The notes beneath the pieces were generated by a model, which made no database searches, was not told the origin of the DNA, and saw only the letters and a list, made by a program, of their open reading frames with translations. From positions 7,260 through 71,259 of IMG/VR virus record IMGVR_UViG_3300027740_000183: 64,000 nucleotides of DNA, one strand, 5' to 3'. This DNA is from a virus. This document shows, piece by piece, positions 29,310 through 38,576 of the stretch (its first letter is position 1; every line of letters starts with the position of its first letter). Both the position numbers and the translations under genes were made by a program.

Positions 29310-31055
29310 ATGACTATAAACAAATTAATCCAAAATGACAGCGAGGTAGCACAGAACGAGGATATCAATGATATTCAAGATCTCCTCAGCAGAGATATCA
29401 ATCAATTACTTGAAGGACAATTTGATTATAATACCGAGTTTACATTCGGGACTGCTATACCTATACCTTTTTGTGTTATTGGTGGGTTGGATATAGGATT
29501 TACATTAGGAGGTTCTTTAGCCTTTTCAATTAGTCCTGGTGTCGCTTTAGTGGATAGGTATGAATCTGCTACGTGGTCATCTCCCCATCATTTAGCTGGA
29601 CAATTAAAGCACAATAGTTGCCAAACAGCTTACAATAAAGAAATTTATCACGGAACTATTGCAGCTAATTCTCATGCTACCAATGATCGTATTGATCTTA
29701 TTGGGGTAAAGTTTAAGAAAGTAGGAGAATCTGGGGTTGAGGGTTATGAAACCAGACCGGTTCAGGTTACTGTTGATAACCGAAGAGTTATTCAAAACAT
29801 ATCCGTTCCCAAACATGTGGAATATATAGTAGATTCGTTCCAAGTAGTTCAGGGTTCTTTAGGACTTCCTGATGCTGCTAGAATGAAGGATATGGATGCT
29901 GATGCTACTTGGGGAGTAGCCCAATCTTATTTAAATTGGATGCCTTTATTTGCGGTGCGAGTTCCTGCATTAACCGCAGGTTTTGCTGCGACGCCACAAG
30001 TGTACGATTTAAGGTTGTTTTATCACGCTAAATCAGCAGCAGGTACGCTAACTGGACCTATTTCTCCGCTATGTATTAACACCTTTGGGAAAGAAGAAGC
30101 AGGGCTTTATAATGAATGGTTAGCTATTTTTAAAAATGGGATAGCGGATTCTGGGTTTGAGTTTCCAATAGTAGGGTCTTCTAAAAATAGTTATGTGGAA
30201 GCATCAACTACATTTTTTCCTATTAGTGTAAACAATGCATGGTATAAGTACCTAATGGCTAGTGGCGTAAGTAGGGCAATAGATACTTACTACTACATTT
30301 ATGCTTTCAGACCTTCTATTAGAAGTGGGTATATGTCTACATTAATGACAACGGTGCCTCCCAATAATGGTTATTTTATAGGTACTAATAGGGCTTGTAA
30401 CCCTTCTGTTGCTGTTATCCCACCCCCTCCTTTTGCCTCAACCCCTTCGCTACAGACTACTGTGTATTACCTCACAGCAGCTAAATTGTATGACAATACA
30501 GAAGATGTGCCACCACGACCTAGCACTGAATATCAATTCAGACCATTTAGAAGAAGTGGAAATTATGTAATGTTAACCCAAGAAAGGGTCAACGCAGCTT
30601 TTGCCTCATGCGGTCCTGGAACTAAAGACGGTAATTGCATTGCATTAATTAGTAAATCTATTGCTGCGAATACTTGGTATTTAATTGGTGCGTTAACAAA
30701 TCCCTTTTTTAATGGGACTACACAAGGAATTGTGGAGGTTGTGCCTCCTCATGCTGCTGGTATGAAGGTGGATATTGAATGTTCCTATATAAATGGATCT
30801 TATTCTGTACAGCCTTATTCTGAAGCGGGAGAAAGCGATTTAGCGGGTACTGGACATGTATTTAATCTATGCTCTAACTTTTTAGTAACTTCCAACGCAC
30901 AACTTAATAGAGCTACTATAGATATACCTTTTTGGACCCGATGGTCTGGTCCTGGGACGCAAGAGCCTAGATTTTGGATCTCTATAGTTCCCGTTTCGTC
31001 TCCCGTAACAGCGTTTATTTATATCAGAGTGCTTGGTTATTATGAATCTTTTTAG
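29310..31055 (+). CDS. Probable baseplate/tail structural protein
   Basis: Beta-rich; I.V.PG.A and I.AN......RIDLI.V pattern seen in baseplate-associated proteins. Confidence 0.5.
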   Translation: MTINKLIQNDSEVAQNEDINDIQDLLSRDINQLLEGQFDYNTEFTFGTAIPIPFCVIGGLDIGFTLGGSLAFSISPGVALVDRYESATWSSPHHLAGQLKHNSCQTAYNKEIYHGTIAANSHATNDRIDLIGVKFKKVGESGVEGYETRPVQVTVDNRRVIQNISVPKHVEYIVDSFQVVQGSLGLPDAARMKDMDADATWGVAQSYLNWMPLFAVRVPALTAGFAATPQVYDLRLFYHAKSAAGTLTGPISPLCINTFGKEEAGLYNEWLAIFKNGIADSGFEFPIVGSSKNSYVEASTTFFPISVNNAWYKYLMASGVSRAIDTYYYIYAFRPSIRSGYMSTLMTTVPPNNGYFIGTNRACNPSVAVIPPPPFASTPSLQTTVYYLTAAKLYDNTEDVPPRPSTEYQFRPFRRSGNYVMLTQERVNAAFASCGPGTKDGNCIALISKSIAANTWYLIGALTNPFFNGTTQGIVEVVPPHAAGMKVDIECSYINGSYSVQPYSEAGESDLAGTGHVFNLCSNFLVTSNAQLNRATIDIPFWTRWSGPGTQEPRFWISIVPVSSPVTAFIYIRVLGYYESF

Positions 31056-31074
31056 TGGTAAAGGAGTATAAGCT

Positions 31075-31707
31075 ATGTCACAAACTAGAATCTGGAATTT
31101 TGGAGATACTTTTACAGCAGAGAAAACTAAACAGGTTCAAGCCGCCCTAAATCTTCCTGGGGTTTATTTAGGTTACAACATTACTGTAACTTCTCCTACT
31201 AAGATCGCTATTTCTGCTAATGGGTATCTTTTACAACCTGATGGTATATTAGTAACGGAGACTTTACCTGTTTCTTTAACTATGGCTACTTTACCTACAA
31301 TCGCAACTATTTACACTATTACTTGTAGACATACCGATGTGCAGACCATTGGAGGTACTCCCGCTTTGTACGCTATTGAGGTAGGTAACTTTGCTATAAA
31401 TAGCCTTAGTGACGGAGTAGTCCTTGGGTGGATTACCCATCCTGGTGGTGCTTTGCCCCTCATAGCTAGCTACATCACTTTAGCTCCTAAAGCAGGCGGC
31501 AATGTTCAGATAAATAGTGATGGTTCCTATACTATATTACAGGATTTGTATGTAGAAGGTGAGCTTGGCATTAAAGTTTTTAACGGGGTATTTCCAACCC
31601 TAAATAGTGATTATTCTTTATGTATTTACATAAATGCTGGAATACCAACTCTAGTCACTAAGATAGGGGCGCAATATTACGGAGTACCTCTTGTTACGAT
31701 TCCCTAG
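31075..31707 (+). CDS. Probable virion structural protein
   Basis: Similar to N-terminus of ORF 11065 (GVY.G..IT; DG..V.ET). Confidence 0.5.
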   Translation: MSQTRIWNFGDTFTAEKTKQVQAALNLPGVYLGYNITVTSPTKIAISANGYLLQPDGILVTETLPVSLTMATLPTIATIYTITCRHTDVQTIGGTPALYAIEVGNFAINSLSDGVVLGWITHPGGALPLIASYITLAPKAGGNVQINSDGSYTILQDLYVEGELGIKVFNGVFPTLNSDYSLCIYINAGIPTLVTKIGAQYYGVPLVTIP

Positions 31708-31721
31708 TTATTTAATACTAT
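31707..31721 (+). promoter_or_regulatory. Candidate late promoter motif
   Basis: GTTATTTAATACTAT. Confidence 0.6.
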
Positions 31722-31794
31722 AAAATGCTTGTTTTCAAATGAGAAAATAATATATTTTATTTAGTTTTACTAACAATTTATTGAGGATTATATA

Positions 31795-32367
31795 ATGATT
31801 ACTATTTTAAAATTTTTTACCAATGATGGGAAGCAAGAGAATACGCTAAAGAATGATATTATTAGCAGGACTTTGCTTAAGATAGCAGTAATTTCTAAGT
31901 ATTATATTGAAAAAAACCCAGATAAGGTTCCAAAGCAAGGCGAGATTTGGCGCTGTGACATCGTTAAAGAAACCTGTTCTGGTAAATCAAAGGGTTGCTT
32001 TATTGTAGAACCTATTGAAAAGATTAATGAAAAAGATATTATTCATCTTATTCCAGGTCTTTTTTATCGAAAATTAATAAACAAAAGACTTATCATTATA
32101 CCCAAAAAGCCAGAGCTTAATTGGATCTTGCCATTAACCCATAAGCATTTAATGGTAGAAACAGACGGTGCTTATTGCATAATTGTACAGCTTGATGTAA
32201 CCAAAGAAGATTTATTAGAGCTAGAGGCTGCTAATCAGGAAAAGATGAAAAAATTGAGTTTTGAAATTTCGGAACAAAACGTAGCGGAGAATCAACATGC
32301 AATGGCTAGTAGCTTGAACGAGGTTACTTCACAAGTAGTAGAGAAATTGATAAACAGGAGATCCTAA
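31795..32367 (+). CDS. Hypothetical protein
   Basis: RBS GAGGA; internal RTLLKIA motif. Confidence 0.55.
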   Translation: MITILKFFTNDGKQENTLKNDIISRTLLKIAVISKYYIEKNPDKVPKQGEIWRCDIVKETCSGKSKGCFIVEPIEKINEKDIIHLIPGLFYRKLINKRLIIIPKKPELNWILPLTHKHLMVETDGAYCIIVQLDVTKEDLLELEAANQEKMKKLSFEISEQNVAENQHAMASSLNEVTSQVVEKLINRRS

Positions 32368-32370
32368 AAA

Positions 32371-33450
32371 ATGATCAGTATTCAATTAAATCATACCGTA
32401 CCAAGAAATACGATTATTGTAATAGGTGATAGTGGTAAAGTACCTAATATTTCTTATTTTAAACCACAAGAAGCTGCACATGTATGGTCAGAGGGAACAG
32501 CTTTTGCTGGGTCAGGACCTTCCGGTTCTATCCAATTTACTACCACTAAGATGACTATTACTCACGACATACAGACTTTTACTAACGAAGCTACCTGGTC
32601 TGTATCCGTGTGGAACCAACTGAATGATTTATTACATAGAGGTTACATTTTATTCTGGAGCCAGCAACAAGTTATTAATGATACTATTGCGGTAGCCGTA
32701 GATAGTTTGGTAACAGAAACAAATTATTTACGTGTAGGCGTGGACGCATCCACCATACTCGATGCTATTCATGTCGAAGTGAGTCACCTGGAGCCTACAG
32801 CAGAATCTATCGTTATCCTTGACGGGATAACTAAAGTAGTGAATAGCTTTAGAGAAACTGATGACGCTTCCACCATCCTTGATAATGTGGAAAAGGTAGT
32901 CAGTAGTTTTAGGGGAACGGAAGATACTTCCATTATACTGGATAATATCAGTAAAGTTGTAGATACATTGAGAATAAGTAATGATTCTGTAACCATACTC
33001 GATAACACTGGTAAAGAAGTAAATAGCTATAGAATTATTAATGATTCCATAGCCGCTATAACAGATCAGGTAAGCAGAGAAAATTATATGAGTAGATCTA
33101 CTGATGACGCGATAGCTGCAATAACAGATCAGGTTATTAAAGAGAGTGATTCGTTGAGGACCAGTAACGACTCTGTTGCTATAACAGGCGTGGAGACTGC
33201 AGTAAAGACACAAATTGGTACCGGAGATACTTTTGGCGGAGTAGCTCCTAACATGACGTTAACTGATGCTGCTGCTGCTTTTGAAATGAATGTTGTGGGC
33301 AAAAATGTAACTATTGTAGGGTCCACCACCCCAGCGGCTAATGATGGTACCTTCCTTATCTTAGCTCGTACCTCACCTACAGAAATTGTTTATGTAAATA
33401 ATAACGGGGTTGCAGAGGTTTTTCCCGGAACTTGGACTATCGTAATATAG
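32371..33450 (+). CDS. Probable structural protein with about 20-aa repeats
   Basis: Repeats of R.TDD..TILDN..KVV.S. Confidence 0.55.
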   Translation: MISIQLNHTVPRNTIIVIGDSGKVPNISYFKPQEAAHVWSEGTAFAGSGPSGSIQFTTTKMTITHDIQTFTNEATWSVSVWNQLNDLLHRGYILFWSQQQVINDTIAVAVDSLVTETNYLRVGVDASTILDAIHVEVSHLEPTAESIVILDGITKVVNSFRETDDASTILDNVEKVVSSFRGTEDTSIILDNISKVVDTLRISNDSVTILDNTGKEVNSYRIINDSIAAITDQVSRENYMSRSTDDAIAAITDQVIKESDSLRTSNDSVAITGVETAVKTQIGTGDTFGGVAPNMTLTDAAAAFEMNVVGKNVTIVGSTTPAANDGTFLILARTSPTEIVYVNNNGVAEVFPGTWTIVI

Positions 33451-33459
33451 AAGAATACT

Positions 33460-33798
33460 ATGAATAAAAATATTAAAAATAGATTGTTAAAGGTAGCCAC
33501 AATGTTGAGTACGGGTGCTTTTATGCAGCCTGAGTATTGGTTTGGTGTCATGTATGTGGTGGAAAGTAAGTATGGGGATACAGAGTACTACGATGAAAAA
33601 CGTGATGTGATAGATGCATGGGTAGAAGCTGGAAGTGATCAAGACAGAAAACCTCATGTGGTAAAGGGTTGGTGGTGCAGATTGTCAGCCCCTGGTTACC
33701 TAGACGCTACAGATATAAGTGGTCCCTTCAAATCAGAAAAAGAAGCAAGAGCATTTATTGAAGAGCATTACGAGGTGGATCCAGATACAGGTCAATAA
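33460..33798 (+). CDS. Hypothetical protein with RLLKVA motif
   Basis: MNKNIKNRLLKVAT; GWWCRLSAPGYLD.TD..GPF. Confidence 0.6.
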   Translation: MNKNIKNRLLKVATMLSTGAFMQPEYWFGVMYVVESKYGDTEYYDEKRDVIDAWVEAGSDQDRKPHVVKGWWCRLSAPGYLDATDISGPFKSEKEARAFIEEHYEVDPDTGQ

Positions 33799-33961
33799 CC
33801 CCATAATTAACTTTATAGGGCTCGGTAGGAAAACCCTAACCAGGACTAACTGCTGAGGGCAAAAAAAGATTAGGACAAAATTTTAAAGTAAAAGATTGTA
33901 AAGTGTTAACAAAACTAAGTTGGGGGTTGTTATTTACGGCAACAAAAGAGGGGTGTATTGA

Positions 33962-34153
33962 ATGATAATGAGTAAGGCACAAAAAGGCAGCAAACCAAAG
34001 CCTATAATTTTGAAGAATGTAGTAGGTATACCTACATCTCTAAAATTAGAACCTAAAGCCTGTATTAATTCCGGTACAGGTGCTTTTTTTGAGATAGAAG
34101 TTCCTATCAAAATGAATGCGGAATTATGGGTTGAAGACGATGGTATTAGATAA
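33962..34153 (+). CDS. Hypothetical protein
   Basis: 63-aa ORF. Confidence 0.45.
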   Translation: MIMSKAQKGSKPKPIILKNVVGIPTSLKLEPKACINSGTGAFFEIEVPIKMNAELWVEDDGIR

Positions 34154-34574
34154 CGCTAGAAAAATTTGTAAAAGGATTAATGAGGAATTAGAAAATTATA
34201 ATTCCTATGCAAAAATTGTACCTAGTGATAAAGAATACGATATAAATATCATTGTGGTAGGAAACGAAGATCTTCCTGAGAGGTTGCAGAAGTATAAATT
34301 TGTTAGTGAAACACTAATAGATACCCCTTATGGAAGTGCAGAAATAGATAAGATAGACAAAAATACCCCATCTGGTCCTGGTAAATGGATTGATATGCCA
34401 GCTAGTCCTGCTAACAGAACTTATGATGGACCAGGTGCGGGAGGTCAACGTAGAAGAGTTCCTAGTTTACAGGACACAGTTAGTAGATATGCTGCAGGAG
34501 GTAGTATGAACAGGATAGCACAAAAATTGGTTAAGATAGCTTTTGATGGGCAAAAGCGGCAAGAAGTTATTTGA
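34116..34574 (+). CDS. Hypothetical protein; contains internal RBS+ATG at 34506
   Basis: ORF track; GGAGG before MNRIAQKLVKIA. Confidence 0.5.
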   Translation: MRNYGLKTMVLDNARKICKRINEELENYNSYAKIVPSDKEYDINIIVVGNEDLPERLQKYKFVSETLIDTPYGSAEIDKIDKNTPSGPGKWIDMPASPANRTYDGPGAGGQRRRVPSLQDTVSRYAAGGSMNRIAQKLVKIAFDGQKRQEVI

Positions 34575-34841
34575 ATGCCAAATCCTAAAAACCCTAAAGA
34601 TAGAAAAGTGCCCTTTACTGAATCAATAAGACCAAAACGAATTTGGTCTTTATATAATTATGTTGATAAAAATAATAAACCAAATTTACCTTTTGCTCCA
34701 AAACATAATGTAAATGCTTTTTTAGAAGATTATATGGACGATTGGATGACTCAAAACGGAGAGTTGAAATTTTACAGTAGAGTATGGGGTGGTAGCCAAG
34801 ATCAGTCTGTTGATGGTATGTGGTTACTTTTGGAATGGTAA
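34575..34841 (+). CDS. Hypothetical protein (possibly 3' part of a gene starting at 34506)
   Basis: In frame with 34506 across a single TGA. Confidence 0.5.
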   Translation: MPNPKNPKDRKVPFTESIRPKRIWSLYNYVDKNNKPNLPFAPKHNVNAFLEDYMDDWMTQNGELKFYSRVWGGSQDQSVDGMWLLLEW

Positions 34842-34864
34842 AAATAATGCCTTTAAAAAACAAT

Positions 34865-35311
34865 ATGAATAAGATAGCACAAAAATTACTAAAGATCGCT
34901 GAAGACCTTGGTAAAGACCAAGGTATTGATAGATCTGTTAATCCTACAGTTATTCAATACGCGATACAATCGATGTTAAAGGGAAAATCGGTATCTGCTG
35001 CAGCGAAGTATACAGCAAAGAAACTATCTGGCAAAGATAACTTTTTTATAGGTACGGGTATAAGCATAATTAATGCTACTACATTAGAAGCTGCTTTGCT
35101 GGACTATATGGCTGACGAAGTGATAAAAAACCTAAAAACTTTAAAGGAAGGACAAGAGTACACTGCTTTAATTTCTGTTCTTAACACTTTTAACCAAGAT
35201 GAAAAGGTAGGAAAACAATTAAAGGGTGTAGTTACTAAAAAGTTAGGAAGCAATCCGTGGAAAACGGATGAACGGATACCTACACTAAAAGATTTCTATA
35301 ACCAAAAGTAA
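34865..35311 (+). CDS. Hypothetical protein with KLLKIA motif
   Basis: MNKIAQKLLKIAE. Confidence 0.6.
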   Translation: MNKIAQKLLKIAEDLGKDQGIDRSVNPTVIQYAIQSMLKGKSVSAAAKYTAKKLSGKDNFFIGTGISIINATTLEAALLDYMADEVIKNLKTLKEGQEYTALISVLNTFNQDEKVGKQLKGVVTKKLGSNPWKTDERIPTLKDFYNQK

Positions 35312-35835
35312 TGCCTTTAAAACAAAAAGTACTTATTACTAATACACCCCCCGCTGTTAAAAAGCGGTCTGCGCTGTGCAACATTAAAACTATACAAGCG
35401 GGTAAGTATAAGAAAATAAAAGAAGATTTGGTGTACGAAATAGTGTATGAAGTGAAGTGTTTAGATGGGGCGAGAAGGGTAACATTACGTTATTACAGCC
35501 CTAAGAAGTTCGGGAGAGGCTTTGGTAAGGGTCTAGTTCTCTCATATCCTGATGACAATATGGAGGTGTGGGTTAGTTGCACATGCCCTTATCATAAATT
35601 TTATGTTGAGTTCGCGTTAGCGAAGCATAAAAGCTCTTCTATATTGTATAGTAACGGAAAGCCTCCCGTGATAAAGAACCCTAGGTACTCCCCATTTATA
35701 TGTAAACACACGATTTTGGCAGTGCAAACTGCTGTGAAGGATTATGCCCGTTTGAACAAAGAAAAGAAGTTGCAGCAAAAACTTAATGTAAAGAACATAA
35801 TGGATACTAAAAAGTACAAGTTGTTTGAGAAATAA
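35311..35835 (+). CDS. SWIM Zn-finger protein
   Basis: VWVSCTCPY....CKH. Confidence 0.65.
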   Translation: MPLKQKVLITNTPPAVKKRSALCNIKTIQAGKYKKIKEDLVYEIVYEVKCLDGARRVTLRYYSPKKFGRGFGKGLVLSYPDDNMEVWVSCTCPYHKFYVEFALAKHKSSSILYSNGKPPVIKNPRYSPFICKHTILAVQTAVKDYARLNKEKKLQQKLNVKNIMDTKKYKLFEK

Positions 35836-35842
35836 AAAATAT

Positions 35843-36139
35843 ATGAATACTAAAATAATCAATAAATTACTAAAAGTTGCAGATTCTTTAAAGTCTGCAG
35901 ATGCTTTAGATATCCCTACCAATGTGGATAAAATAACTTACAATCAGTATGGTAAAATACAGGAGAAGTTGAGAGCTTTCTCGCTACCAAAGTTGCGAAG
36001 GTATCAAAAGACTTTGAATATCCAAATTGAAGATGCTTATGATGAAGACAACAAGGTAGCACTAGAGAGCTTGGATATCATGTTGAAACAGGTGGACCAA
36101 GAGATCATGAAGAGAGAGGCGGAAGAGGTGGTGAAATGA
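35843..36139 (+). CDS. Hypothetical protein with KLLKVA motif
   Basis: MNTKIINKLLKVAD. Confidence 0.6.
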   Translation: MNTKIINKLLKVADSLKSADALDIPTNVDKITYNQYGKIQEKLRAFSLPKLRRYQKTLNIQIEDAYDEDNKVALESLDIMLKQVDQEIMKREAEEVVK

Positions 36140-36423
36140 ATAAAGTTATAAAAAACAAATTACTTAAAGTTTCGGATACTCTAAAGAAACTTCCTAGAAA
36201 CGAAAGCAGAAGCAAGGAAGAGGCGATAGAAGATTACAAAAAGTTAAGAAAACAGTATCTTGACAGCAAAAAAGAACAAAGGGATGCTGCAAATGCTTTT
36301 ACTAAAGCTAGAGAGACGTATTACAACGTGAGAGATAAAGTAGAAGCTTTAGGCATAGATCTTAGAAAAGAAAGACAGAATTTGGTAGACAACGAATTCA
36401 TTAAAGTTAATGATAATATATAA
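36136..36423 (+). CDS. Coiled-coil protein with KLLKV motif
   Basis: MNKVIKNKLLKVSD. Confidence 0.6.
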   Translation: MNKVIKNKLLKVSDTLKKLPRNESRSKEEAIEDYKKLRKQYLDSKKEQRDAANAFTKARETYYNVRDKVEALGIDLRKERQNLVDNEFIKVNDNI

Positions 36424-36432
36424 AATAATAAA

Positions 36433-36678
36433 ATGAATACTATAGTACAAAAATTGATTAAAATTGCTAAAGATGCTGAAAATAAAAAAGTTACTATAAA
36501 AAAATCTACTACTTCTTATGCAAAAACTTGTGGCGCTAAATTTGTAGCTTTGGAAGAGGGGGAGACAGAAAGTCATGCCATAAATTCTGGTAAAGGTTTT
36601 TTAACAATTAGAGATGCTATTCAGTATAAACGTTTTTTAAAAAATAACGGAATTGAGGTTAGTACTGATTGGAAATAA
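36433..36678 (+). CDS. Hypothetical protein with KLIKIA motif
   Basis: MNTIVQKLIKIAK. Confidence 0.6.
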   Translation: MNTIVQKLIKIAKDAENKKVTIKKSTTSYAKTCGAKFVALEEGETESHAINSGKGFLTIRDAIQYKRFLKNNGIEVSTDWK

Positions 36679-36689
36679 CAAAATTTTAA

Positions 36690-38057
36690 ATGGCTCGACT
36701 TCAACGCATATTTGAGACTATAAACTCAAAGTTACCTTCCTACAACTCCGCGTTTACTAAACTGCGGGGTTTAGCTATACCTACTGATCCAATTTTGGGA
36801 GGTAATCTTCGGTTCGCCAAAAAAATTGGGTACCCTATTCCTATCTGGCTCCCCGATAATCTTACTACTACAAGCAATAGTCAAACCATTGTTGATAATT
36901 TTCTTTACCTTAGCTCTCCCCTCAATTGGTCCATACCTGGTTCTATAGTAAGAATATCTTCTCGATTCCTAATGTATGTTGACGATATTGTAGAAGATGG
37001 GTACCGATTGAATTTTACAGAACTGCTAAAAGTTAATGTAGATGGAGGGTCTACTGTGGAGCTATTTGCGGTACCAGTACAGGTTAATGGAGATTACCCA
37101 GCACTTACCGATACTGTAGTTATAAATTCACCTTATAAGATTTATGTGGGGGATTTTATAGTTTATGGATCATTCGAGTACGAAGTAATAAGTCTTATAT
37201 TTGTAGGCATTCTACCTAATGGAGATTATGAGTACCAAGTAGTGTTATCTCAACCTATACCGGATGCGTTAACTGATGGGAGTATAACTCAGCTTTATTT
37301 ACGATCTTATCCAGCATATGAGTCGGGTAAAATAGTAATACCCACTATTCCTAACGTCAGTATAGCCACCAATGATGTAGGTCCATTTCTTTACGATAGA
37401 ATAAGTGGGGTATTTTATACCGATGATGACGTAGAAGAAACAGATAACATCGTACTGTATGACCAAACCCAAACTGTTATCGATACTATTAATAATTGCG
37501 GTAAGAACTATTTAATTTACAAAAAAAGCATAGCCGCCGATGCCTTTCTTTTCTGTGATCTCTTGAGAGGTCATCTTAATTGGGATAAAAGCACGTCTAC
37601 ATTTATGGCAATTACTGATGATGAAGGTGTGTTTCACCTCCATTACAAATGTGTACCTATAATAAATCCGGGTCAAGTAACCAGTTGGGTTGTTAAAGTA
37701 ACACCTACTATAAAGACTACAATGGCAGTGGAACTAGAGCCTAATGTTAGCCAAGTGTGGGATCTCGTTGGGGGTGTAGAAAACACTATAAATATCCAAT
37801 TTCCTGTAATGAGTGATCCTATAGAACACATACACATACTTTTCAGCACAGGGGGTAATTCTACTATCTATATGAATAAATGGGACATTACTACATCTCA
37901 AGTAAAGTATTTTAGTTATCAAACTATTGTGAAAGCGGTTGGTGAAACGTGGGCTAGTAGCCCCGCGTTAGTTAAACCATGTTTTTTGAAACTTGGTTAC
38001 GTGGAAGTAAACGATGAGTTACAGTCTCACTTAAATAGCGGGTTAATAATTAGTTAG
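36690..38057 (+). CDS. Probable virion structural protein
   Basis: 455 aa, beta-rich; last gene of the late block. Confidence 0.5.
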   Translation: MARLQRIFETINSKLPSYNSAFTKLRGLAIPTDPILGGNLRFAKKIGYPIPIWLPDNLTTTSNSQTIVDNFLYLSSPLNWSIPGSIVRISSRFLMYVDDIVEDGYRLNFTELLKVNVDGGSTVELFAVPVQVNGDYPALTDTVVINSPYKIYVGDFIVYGSFEYEVISLIFVGILPNGDYEYQVVLSQPIPDALTDGSITQLYLRSYPAYESGKIVIPTIPNVSIATNDVGPFLYDRISGVFYTDDDVEETDNIVLYDQTQTVIDTINNCGKNYLIYKKSIAADAFLFCDLLRGHLNWDKSTSTFMAITDDEGVFHLHYKCVPIINPGQVTSWVVKVTPTIKTTMAVELEPNVSQVWDLVGGVENTINIQFPVMSDPIEHIHILFSTGGNSTIYMNKWDITTSQVKYFSYQTIVKAVGETWASSPALVKPCFLKLGYVEVNDELQSHLNSGLIIS

Positions 38058-38090
38058 TAGAAATTAATTTTTAAGTTTGTGGTAATTAAA

Positions 38091-38150
38091 TTGTAAAAGA
38101 TACTAAAAGGTATCCCAACACCTTATAGATTGGGACGGACGGACGGACCG
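38091..38150 (+). repeat. Solo CRISPR-like repeat (38101-38136) with TTGTAAAAGA leader and (GGAC)3 tail
   Basis: TACTAAAAGGTATCCCAACACCTTATAGATTGGGAC; last 32 nt identical to the array repeat. Confidence 0.9.
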
Positions 38151-38190
38151 AAACAGTCTGGCGTTTATTTTTAAAATTAGTACGGAAACT

Positions 38191-38221
38191 AAAAAACCCA
38201 CTCTATTAAAGTGGGTTTTTG
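38191..38221. terminator. Bidirectional terminator between convergent blocks
   Basis: AAAAAACCCAC..GTGGGTTTTT. Confidence 0.7.
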
Positions 38222-38244
38222 TTTTTAATGCCTATTTGTTTTAG

Positions 38245-38400
38245 CTACCTTCTCATTACCCATGTCGTGCTTAGCCCCATAAATACCAACAGAGCTATTC
38301 CAATAAGTATAAGTACTAGTGTTTTAGCTATTCCTATTGTTAGTAATATGGTCATTCCGACTATTAGGCCTAATGTCATTAATATACCTAATCCTAACAT
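38245..38400 (-). CDS. 51-aa hydrophobic membrane peptide (not in ORF track)
   Basis: AAGGAGG RBS; MLGLGILMTLGLIVGMTILLTIGIAKTLVLILIGIALLVFMGLSTTWVMRR. Confidence 0.55.
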   Translation of the reverse strand: MLGLGILMTLGLIVGMTILLTIGIAKTLVLILIGIALLVFMGLSTTWVMRR

Positions 38401-38535
38401 TACGTTTCCCTCCTTACTTGCAGTTTACTTGCTTATTATTTTGTTACTAGTATCAGCATCCCTATTAGTAAACATATTATTATTAATGTATTTAATCCTA
38501 ACATTATGTCTCTTATTAGTTTTTAGTTAGCTGTT

Positions 38536-38573
38536 GAAAACCCAACCCTCTCCCCTAAGAGAGTTGGGTTTTT
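38536..38573 (-). terminator. Intrinsic terminator after ice-binding gene
   Basis: AAAACCCAAC..GTTGGGTTTTT inverted repeat. Confidence 0.7.
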
Positions 38574-38576
38574 ACT

